Shown here in pieces: positions 54,663 through 64,000 of a DNA stretch of 64,000 nucleotides. Position 1 is the stretch's first letter. Every line of letters starts with the position of its first letter. The translations under genes were made by a program, and so were the position numbers. Below the pieces are notes generated by a model. That model did not search any database. It was not told the origin of the DNA and worked only from the letters and a program-made list of their open reading frames with translations. The stretch covers positions 20,026,001-20,090,000 of the forward strand of contig OX597825.1 in the NCBI GenBank assembly GCA_951406725.2, read 5' to 3'. Source of the DNA: Octopus vulgaris. Its lineage: Eukaryota.

Positions 54663-55058
54663 CTAGCAGTATCGCCCGGCGTTGCTCGGGTTTGTAAGAG
54701 GAATAACTATATAAGCATTTTTAGAGAGTTATAGCCAAAAAATAGCAAAAAAATGCATTAACAATGGAAAAAAAATGATGGTAAATTTTTTTTAAATCGT
54801 TGACTCATCGTAGACATTTTTAGAGAGTTACTTCCCTTATATAATAGCGGATAAAATGCATTAAAATGGAAAAAATGATGGTAAATTTTTTTTAAATCGT
54901 AGACTCATCGTAGACGCGCGCTAATACCCAGAAGGGCTCGATATGAATCACGACTATAAGATACCCGGTTTTGGTTAAACTGCACCGCAAAATGTGGGAG
55001 TAGTTAGGAATCTAAATCGTAGGAGACAGACACACAACCTTACTTTCATATATAAAGA
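54663..55058 (-). mobile_element. Non-autonomous Helitron (same family as 29846-30246)
   Basis: Reverse complement with TC start, hairpin and CTAG end, in an A|T target. Confidence 0.9.
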
Positions 55059-56941
55059 TTTCTAAACAGGTTTATATTTTTAATGTGAGGCTATAAAACC
55101 ACTGAAGCATTTTCTCTTAATTCAGCTAAGGAATTGCATAGGAGTAAGCCAGACTAATCAGGTTATTGTTTCTCGAAACACTCTTTAAACCGGTAATGAA
55201 TGGTTAAGTGCTCTGATTTTATAAAATTTATAGTTGAAGCAAGAACATGAATAACAACATAAACTTTTTACAGACTTTATACGCAAAAATCTTGATGAAC
55301 CATTTCAATTAATTTTTGCATAATCATTCTTACCTAAATTCAAATAAATAATTTTGTCTTTTAATTTAAATCGAAAGCTTACATGAGGTCCGACCATTGC
55401 CGGGTACTCGGCTGCAGCACCATGGATGAAAATTTGAAACCACCGATTGAACTACGCTGTTGGAATTTTCACTTCCTGATCCTCATCAATGTTAGATCCC
55501 GCAACGGTACTTTTCATTGTCTTAACCGAAAGATTAAGTGATATTAAACCATATATGAATACCACGTATGAAAATTGCCAGCTGAACAGAATTGAGGATA
55601 TCTGTACTTTCGTTGATAACTACAAGGGGCTAAAAAATCTTCTGGACAGTGACCCCAATATCTGACAGCCGAGCCCCATATCAACTCCATGTTCGTTCAA
55701 TCCATCGTTATTATCCTGCGAGATAAGCTAATCTTGTCAAACATATTTAACCGTTCCGAGCATAAATGCTCAACAACTGACAAGAGAGTTCTTTCACAAA
55801 TTCACCATCGGCATAATTTTCTGAATGTTTTGCAACTTTTTCGCTAAAAAAATAGCTGACATGTACACTTTCTTCAAGTTCTGTCTGCATTATAGAAATA
55901 AGTGTAGTTATACAACTGATCTGTTTCTTTGGAACTAGAATGTTTAGTTTTCGAATAGCCCCGCATGTTTTGAAGTGTAGTGATATATTATTCTTTAAAA
56001 GCAGAGATATTTTTCAAACATTAAATGCACTGGTCTACATTTTTACTTGAACAAAGTTGTTATAATTTGTCCACTATTTTTGACATTTTCTCGTTTCTTC
56101 GGAAATATTTCGTTCGGTTTATGCCGGGATCTCTGATATCAAAAATTACATTTGATCTAATGTACAGTTTCTGTTTCCGCCACTTAGAACGGCTTATGCG
56201 ATAATTCAGCGACTGTAACTAACTGTACGTATCATGTGGCGTAGGTTTGCACTCTTGTACTTCAAAAATTTTATAAATCTGGCATGACACAGTAATTCGA
56301 TAAGTATGCGTATTTACAGTGACCGTATGATCGGAACAAGTTATATATCGCTGAAGATATATACATGTATATATACATATATATACATATATATATATAT
56401 ATATGTATATATATATGTATATCTACATGTATATATATATATGTATATATACAGAGGTTCTAGAATGTTTGAATAACTGCAAATTGACATAGGATACGTT
56501 GAAAATTATACACACAACGGCTACTAACGGTGAATACATTTTCTTACACGGATGACTGACGATGGGGAATATTTTTAATTTTCTGACGGGTGAACCAAAA
56601 CAACAAGCATTAATAACTAAGGGAGATTAGTCGGAAGGTTGACAGGTGTTCTGCTTTGAAACCAACTTCCCTAAACGTATTTCAATGACACATAGTGTGA
56701 ATAAGCACGTGGGAGCAAAAAGGCACACACAATCATAAGAAGCGTCATATTCCTCATGAAAGTAGATGCGCCACTCAGAAAGCTGAAGGGATCGCATGCG
56801 ATCAGTGATATATGATCGACTGTATATGGATTATATATGTATATGGTATCATATAAAGTGCTCTTTGAAAGGTTATGTCTTTGACATATTTAGGATGCAC
56901 CCAAAGAGATTCTACGCAATCATTTTCACTCAAACAATATC

Positions 56942-57329
56942 CTTTTCTACTCAAGGCACAAGGCCCGAAATTTTTGGCGAGGGGGCTGGTCGATCACATC
57001 GACTTCAGTGCGTAACTGGTACTTAATTTATCGACCCCGAAAGGATGAAAGTTAAAATCGACCTCGGTGAAATTTGAATTCAGAACGTAACGGCAGACGA
57101 AATACCTATTTCTTTACTACCCACAAGGGGCTAAACACAGAGAGGACAGACAAACGTATTAAGTCGATTATATCAACTCCAGTGCGTATCTGGTCCTTAA
57201 TTTATCGACCACGAAAGGATGAAAGGCAAAGTCGACCTCGGCGGAATTTGAACTCACAACGAAAGAGCAGACGCAAAACCGCAAAGCATTTCGCCCGGCG
57301 TGCAACTGTTTCTGCCAGCTCGTCGCCTT
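56942..57329 (-). mobile_element. SINE family B heterodimer with ~24-bp TSD
   Basis: TSD aatcatttt(c/ta)actcaaacaatatc at 56918-56941 and 57330-57354. The junction aagaaatag|gtatttcgtctg is at about 57106. The two units end in different tails. Confidence 0.9.
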
Positions 57330-57366
57330 AATCATTTTTAACTCAAACAATATCGGTTGGCAAGTA

Positions 57367-57580
57367 AGGCGGCGAGCAGGCAGAAACGTTAGGACGCTGG
57401 GCGAAACGCTTAGTTGTATTTCGTCTGTCTTTATGTTCTGAGTTCAAATTCCAACGAGGTCATCTTTGTCTTTCATCCTTTCGGAGTTAATAATTTAAAT
57501 ACCATTTGCGTACTGGAGTCCATGTAATTGATTGGGTCCCTCCCCTATATTTCCAAATCTTCTGCATAGAGTAGAAAAGA
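57367..57580 (+). mobile_element. SINE family B monomer (alternative tail), head-to-head with the previous element
   Basis: aaggcggcgagcaggcagaaacgttagg...gagttcaaattcc...ccctccccta...agtagaaaag. Confidence 0.85.
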
Positions 57581-57704
57581 AAAGAATATTGGTTGGCAAG
57601 TGTATAGAAAATGCTATATGCTTTACATGGGATACTTTGGGTGCAAACCTCGTAGTGGTGAACAAATTTCATAACCTTTCAGACATTTTGCGCATATGTG
57701 TGTA

Positions 57705-57742
57705 TTGATACACACACACACACATAAACACACACACATAAA

Positions 57743-57787
<45 letters not shown>

Positions 57788-58100
57788 TATATACATGTAT
57801 ATATACATATATATATATACATGTATATATACATGTATATATACATAAATATATACATGTATATATACATATATATATACATGTATATATACATATATAT
57901 ATATACATGTATATATACATATATATATATACATATACATATATATATACACATATACATATATACATATATATACATATACATATATATATACACATAT
58001 ACATATATACATATATATACATATACATATATATATATATACATACATTTACATATATATATATATATACATTTACATATATATATATATATACATTTAC

Positions 58101-58132
<32 letters not shown>

Positions 58133-58156
58133 ACATATACATATATATACATATAC

Positions 58157-58187
<31 letters not shown>

Positions 58188-58328
58188 CATATATATACAT
58201 ATATATATATACATATATATACATATATATACATATACATATATATACATATATATATATACATATATATATACATATATATACATATACATATATATAC
58301 ATATACATATATATACATATATGCACAT
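57705..58328. repeat. Degenerate (TA)/(TACA) microsatellite field
   Basis: Directly visible. Confidence 0.96.
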
Positions 58329-59394
58329 ACAATCGCGGTTATGTATGTGTTGCCTGGATTAGTATAAACGCATATTAATATTCATAGTCACAGAATTGTG
58401 AGCAGTGCGGATGAATACAATATTTGAGCTGGGATATCTTGGTCGATGGTTGAACAAAGAAAGAAAGTGATAAATAACTGCCTGTATGTAGTTCTTATAT
58501 CAAAGGAATAAGACATAAGAATCTCGGGTTTTCATAGCATGGTCAGAAATCTCTGTAATACAATTGTTAAATTATTAAATTGATTATCACTGCTATTGAA
58601 TGGTTTCGTATATGTGCTAATTTTAGCGCTTCGGAATCCATTAAGAGATGTTGTAAATAGTAGCTAGCTTTCTAGACGGAAATAGAGGTTCTCTGATCTG
58701 GGGCATTATTTGGTAATTCCGTATATTAGATAAAATCTCCTAGTTATCTGTGAAGCTAAGTATTTAATCGTAAACAATCAGTTAATGAGCAAAAGCAGAT
58801 GAAAATACACAATCGACAAGGAGAATCGCTTTAGGTGCGTACGATGATTAATTTATGGGATTCTCTTGCAATGTTTCTAAAAATCCTTGCAGAACAGAAT
58901 GTCTAAAATGTAATTACTTAAATCCGGTAAAGGGACCTAAGTATATTTAGATTCAGCAATTTCATTTTTTTATATGTACTTTGTGTGAATAATGGTGATT
59001 TTCTAATATATTTACTTTTTCCATCAAGCTATTTTGATGGGTATTACTACGTTTGTGTAGCAGCTTTACTTTCGTATTACTAAGGGTTATTAATGAGATT
59101 TTAGTAACTGTATTCAGTGGAAATATAGCAAAAGGAAGAACAATAAGAAATATATAGTAACAGAAAATAATTATAATCGTATCGATTTCTCAAATTAGCT
59201 CGGGGCCATACATTTTCATAAGTGGAAAGCTGCTCGTTTATCGATTATATTTGGGTAGAGTTCTATTTTATGGACGCATAGGAGGCGGAAAGTTGACATT
59301 AATCGCAAATGCTTTTGAACTCAGGATGTAAATATTACACGGAATTTGATCATCAACCTAAAAACTACCGCCTACAATGATTCTTAATACTATA

Positions 59395-59590
59395 TACAAA
59401 ATGTCTAAAAATTTCAAGAATGGGTTACGTCGATTATATCGAACTCCATGCTCAACTGTTTTGTTTTTTTTCAATTGCTTCGAAGAAATTAAAGCTATAG
59501 CCGAACGAAACAGGATTTGAACTCTTAACGAAAAGACTGACAAAACGCTTCCAAGTATATTGTCTGGCGTGCTAACCATCCTGCCGCCTT
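59395..59590 (-). mobile_element. SINE family B, old diverged copy
   Basis: ggcgtgctaaccatcctgccgcctt and atttgaactc match the family B head. Confidence 0.6.
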
Positions 59591-60444
59591 ACTACTACTA
59601 AAAATAATTATAATAATTATAATAAATTTCACATACTATGTATTTACGCATCTGTTGTAATCCTTTCTTTCGACAAACCTACCTAACTACCTAAACTAAA
59701 CTATAGAAATACTGTTACTGTATTTATTTGAGAAATGAGTCGACTTGTGACCCTAAGTTGAAATTAAGTTGCAATGAATCTGTGTAAGAGACAACGTCAC
59801 AGATAGTACGACGTGAATTTTAACACTAAATAATTAATGACTTTAAATTAACAGATTTTGTGCGTTTATGAATTGTTAGTATATATTTTACAGTTTATAG
59901 ACATTTCCATATGTAATAATTTCAATATATGAAATATGAAATGCATCAGTATGCTAAAGTCAGGATTCGACCAAGAAACTTCCTTCAACCGCCCACACAC
60001 ACACACAACTGTTCCACTTCGATTTCCTACGATGAGATTCGTGATATAAATAACACAATCTTACTCTCACGCTACCGAAGCCTTAAAAATCATACATTGA
60101 AAAATCGTAACGTGACTCCTTTTTTTTTTTTTTTTTGCAACCTATTTAATATTACAAGAACTTCATGAGAAAATACGTTACAGAGAAGTCAAGAGAAAAT
60201 ATCTTACAAAAAAGTCATGTTAAAATACGCTTCGCGTTAGGCTGTTCCACATTGCGATGAAATTCTGTGGAAATAATCGCTTCCAAACCTTGGGGCATGT
60301 CAATGCAATTAAAGTCAAAATATCTTAGTAACATGTAAGAAACAAAATACGTTGAGTATTGAAAGGAGAAAACATTTCGATTTTGAGTTTCTTTCCTGCG
60401 AAGTTTGATTTAATTCTCTGTATTGTAACAAATAGTTTTATATC

Positions 60445-60598
60445 TTGGAAAGGTCGTTAGCACGTCGGGCGAAATACTTAGATGTATTTTGTCCGTCTTT
60501 ATGTTACACTGGGGTCGACTTTGCCTATCGTCCTTTTGGGGTTGATAAAAAATACCAGTCATACACTGGGGTCGATATAATCTCCCAAAATTTCAAGT
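60445..60598 (+). mobile_element. SINE family B, diverged, interrupted by a C/D SINE
   Basis: gtcgttagcacgtcgggcgaaatacttag...gtcgactttgcct...ctggggtcgat. The tail resumes after 60950 (gtagaaagg). Confidence 0.7.
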
Positions 60599-60608
60599 GT
60601 TGCGCTTA

Positions 60609-60939
60609 TTTTATTTATGCGCCCTTTTCAAGCCTACCCAGGCTCATAGACCCGGTTTCCTGGTTTCTATGACGTTTGTATTCCCCCCCGGCTGGACGGA
60701 ACGCCAGTCCATCGTGACATTTGTCCATCGCAGCATTACTCTAGAAACAGGAAGAGAAAGTGAGAGAAAGTTGTGGCGAAAGAGTACAACAGGGGTCACC
60801 ACCACCCCCTGCCGGAACATCGTGGAGCTTTTAGGTGTTTTCGCTCAATAAACACACACAACGCGCGGTCTGAGAATCGAAACCTCGATCCTCCAACCGT
60901 GAGTTCGCTGCCCTAACCACTGGGCCATTGCGCCTCCAC
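60609..60939 (-). mobile_element. SINE with family C head/body and family D tail, 10-bp TSD
   Basis: TSD gttgcgctta at 60599-60608 and 60940-60949; same organisation as 6685-6966. Confidence 0.9.
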
Positions 60940-60986
60940 GTTGCGCTTACGGTAGAAAGGATATTTTGGAAAAGTCAAACTAAAAA

Positions 60987-61215
60987 GTGGGGGCTTGTGG
61001 TTCCGTGGCTAGGGTGTTGGGCTCATGATCGTAAGATTGTGGTTTCTATTCCTAACCCGGGCGACGCGTTGTGTTCTTGAGCAAAACACTTCAGTTTACG
61101 TTGCTCCAGTCCACTCAGCTGACAAAAATGAGTAACCCTGCGACGGACCGTTGTGTCATCCGGGTGGGGGGAATATATACGGCGCGGAAGCCGGGAAATC
61201 ACCCCTATGAGTTTA
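60987..61215 (+). mobile_element. SINE family D
   Basis: Matches the reverse complement of 17607-17868 (gcgacgcgttgtgttcttgagcaaaacacttca...ccagtccactcagctg). Confidence 0.88.
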
Positions 61216-61253
61216 TATGAATTCTACCTTATAAGAAATTTTATCCTAAATTA

Positions 61254-61505
61254 TGTTTCTTTATTAGCCACACAGGGCTGAACACAGAGGGGACAAAATA
61301 GAAAGAGCTTTTCCTTTGGGGAAGGAAAAAAAGGCGGGGTAGAATTTCGATCAAAAGGGATTGAGGAAAGAAAAGTAAAAAACAAAAAAAGGGAGCCGAT
61401 CAATAATGATCGTGTATCACAGAAAGATCATAATGTAAAAGGGGAAATAGACTAGGTTCATCCGTGGAAAGAAAAACCTACGAAAAGACCACGGTAACCT
61501 CGGGC
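61254..61505 (-). mobile_element. Probable LINE 3' UTR fragment ending in the family B SINE tail
   Basis: The minus strand ends ttgtcccctctgtgttcagccctgtgtggctaataaagaaacat, like the SINE B tail. The upstream ~200 bp is a pyrimidine-rich non-SINE sequence. Confidence 0.55.
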
Positions 61506-61543
61506 AATAATGAAAATGAAATAAAGAAAATGAATAAAGAAAA

Positions 61544-61762
61544 GAGCTGGCAGAAACGTTAGCACGTCGGGCGAAATGCTTAGTGGTATTACGTCTGTTG
61601 CTACGATCTGAGTTCAAATTCCACCCAGGTCAACTTTGCCTTTCATCCTTTCGGGGTCGATTAAATAAGTACCAGTTACGCACTGGGGTCGATGTAATCG
61701 ACTTAATCCCTGGGTTTTTTTTTCCACTCTGTGTTTAGCTCCCTGCGGGCAATAAAATAATA
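61544..61762 (+). mobile_element. SINE family B monomer
   Basis: gagctggcagaaacgttagcacgtcgggcgaaatgc...ctctgtgtttagctccctgcgggcaataaa. Confidence 0.9.
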
Positions 61763-62454
61763 GATAACCTCGGGTAATAATATCATGCAAAAAACACATT
61801 ACAGCAAGTGACTACCTTTTTTTACTTTCTTTTTCTCGTTCATAGGATTATGCTCAAGGTGGTTCCGTCATTCAGACGTAACATTCTTGCTATATTCACC
61901 CATGTTTTTTAGTACTTATTGAAAGAGCTATAATTCACAGTAGTTAAAAATACCTTCAGGAATAGAAACTGTTTTGGGAGAAATAAACAACTTAGACAAA
62001 CAGCAAATGATGAGTGTATTTTATAGGTTTCATTTGTATAACTCATCCGAATAATTTCACTTCAAATTAAAAATTAATTGAAAATAAAATGTCTAGTGTT
62101 TGTTAATATGATGTTACACATTTCTGCTATACGCTTGAGAATTCTTTGAAATCTACTTTATTTACATATATAATAAAAGAAAGTAATTGTTTCTTTGTGC
62201 AGAAACTCATTATAACACCAAACAGTTTTACGAGCTGTCACGTCAGAATTGGCAAACACCACAATAATTCGGCGGTCAATCAACCTGCTGAAAACAAGCC
62301 ATAAAATATCGGTTATGTTGAGCAATACTCTTTCTCATACATTTTGAATAACGGGATTTTTTATGAATGAAACGCCGTTCACGATAGTTTCCAAACTATG
62401 TCTGTTCTGAATCTTCAAAGAAACACGGGGCTTTGCTTAATACTTTGACTTGTC

Positions 62455-62900
62455 TTGAGACAGCATTCACCCGGGGTGGCTTGAGCTGGCTTCATTCATC
62501 CTCAATGCGGCATCTTTCACAAACGCCGACCAGACCTGGTGATTTGAGGCTAACGACCGCGTGATCTCCAACCACTCCTTATTCCAGCGGCCAACGCCGT
62601 AGACATGGGGGCCTAAGTTGGGTTCCTGATCAGACTTCACTGTCATCAGCCAGGTTTTTTGTTGTCCACCACTTCGTTTTCGCCAACCCTGAAGGGGAGC
62701 TGGGGCAATTGCTTCGTAGATTAATTCTCCTGGTTGACGACGGAGGGCATGACCCAGCCAACGCAGACGTCTCGTTAGGATGACTTGTCGGAGGGAGGTG
62801 ATTCTGCACTGGTGTCGCACCGAAGGATGCGGCGTAGACAGAAGTGATCATATGCCTCGCTTTATTCACTGAGGCAGGGTCTTGCACATACACTGCATGT
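62455..62900 (-). mobile_element. RTE-clade LINE 3' fragment
   Basis: ORF 62467-62820 has RRLRWLGHALRR...RKRSGGQQKTW...W, the conserved C-terminus of RTE-like ORF2. Confidence 0.85.
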
Positions 62901-63164
62901 GAGCATCATAGGAAGAACATTCTCTTCTAGAGGTGTAACAGCGATGCCCTTCCTGTCATCCCTTCTCACTTTCTCATGCGCAACTCGAGATTTCTCAAAA
63001 GTAGCTGTCCCCTTGTGCACAATCCTCCTCTACATGCTACGATCAATAGCTATGCCCTCTTTTCTGGAGAGTTAGCTAAAGGAGAACGACCTCCACATAA
63101 ACCAAAAAGAGGTATAAGGACTTGCTGAGGGCTTCCTTAAGAGATGCTTGCATCTCTCCTGACA

Positions 63165-63262
63165 CATATACATACATAAATAAATACATACATACATACA
63201 TACATACATACATACATACATACATACATACATACATACATACATACATACATGCATGCATA
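63165..63262. repeat. (TACA)n microsatellite
   Basis: Directly visible. Confidence 0.96.
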
Positions 63263-64000
63263 AATACTTACAAACATACCATATATAAATATATGTCTAT
63301 AGATTGATAGAGAGATAGATATGGTTCATGTAGACGAGTATACTGCTCGAAAAGTTGACGAGTGCTTGTCATTTTAAAAGCACCAAAGATCGAAGTGACG
63401 TAGCAGGATTTGATCTAAGAACATGAATGGATGCTATTATATGCTGACAATTGTGTTGTTCGCCATTCAAACAATTCTGTAATATCCACCATTTCATTGA
63501 TATCTAAGAGAATTATCAATCATTGGTTTTGAGCTCAAATTCTGCTCAAGTTAAGATTAACCTAGCTGAAAATAGGCTGAATGAGGATGTCAAAAGCCGT
63601 AGAGAGACAAGAGTGTTGACAGAATGTTTACAATATAAGTGTCATTCATTATTTTAACCTTTGTTCCTATTAAATGTCACTAGTGCGTAAGTGGTTATAC
63701 ATAACAGTCACACACAACTCTTCCACAATAACCGTCAATAATGATTTCCTGCTCAATCCATTTGGCTTATTATATACACTGTCAATAACCAGGCATTATT
63801 ATATGCTGCAGTGTAAAATTGGTAGAAAGCTATTAACGGTTAATTCTCTTCAATACACAGTAGAAAAGTCAGACATGCAAAACTTGTTAAATTTAATTAC
63901 CGACCAACATTACATTTTGCAAATGCACCAAATGCTAATTGCTCAATGCTAATAGACAATCGAAATCGCCTGGCAATTTTTCCTAAATATTTTATGCACA

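Noticed and set aside
55380-55730. GC-richer unique segment that looks coding
   Set aside because: The frames I translated on both strands hit stops within about 45 codons, and no motif was recognised.

Overview
AT-rich, microsatellite-dense eukaryotic DNA. The repeat content points to a cephalopod, probably an octopus; this is inferred from remembered repeat families, not proven. No intact protein-coding gene is visible, and most ORF-track calls are translations of simple repeats or SINEs. The window holds four tRNA-derived SINE families (here called A-D, over 30 copies, several with clear TSDs). It also holds a complete but decayed mariner, a Tc1 fragment joined to an L1/Tx1-type LINE, an R4/Dong-type LINE, an RTE 3' fragment, two non-autonomous Helitrons, a foldback MITE, Penelope-like terminal-repeat remnants, local tandem duplications and one plausible spliced exon (43466-43591, minus). 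Four observations stand out. (1) Family-B SINEs insert as head-[body]n multimers bounded by one TSD; four independent loci share the same internal junction, which lies in the loop of the head hairpin and is bridged by tail/stem complementarity, suggesting a circular-RNA/rolling-circle or programmed template-jump route. (2) A minimal hammerhead-ribozyme-like motif with a compensatory U3:A8 core sits in an inverted repeat near 13 kb. (3) A LINE-like 3' UTR shares the SINE-B tail. (4) A probable assembly artefact (duplication plus scrambled mosaic) lies at 47.2-49.9 kb.
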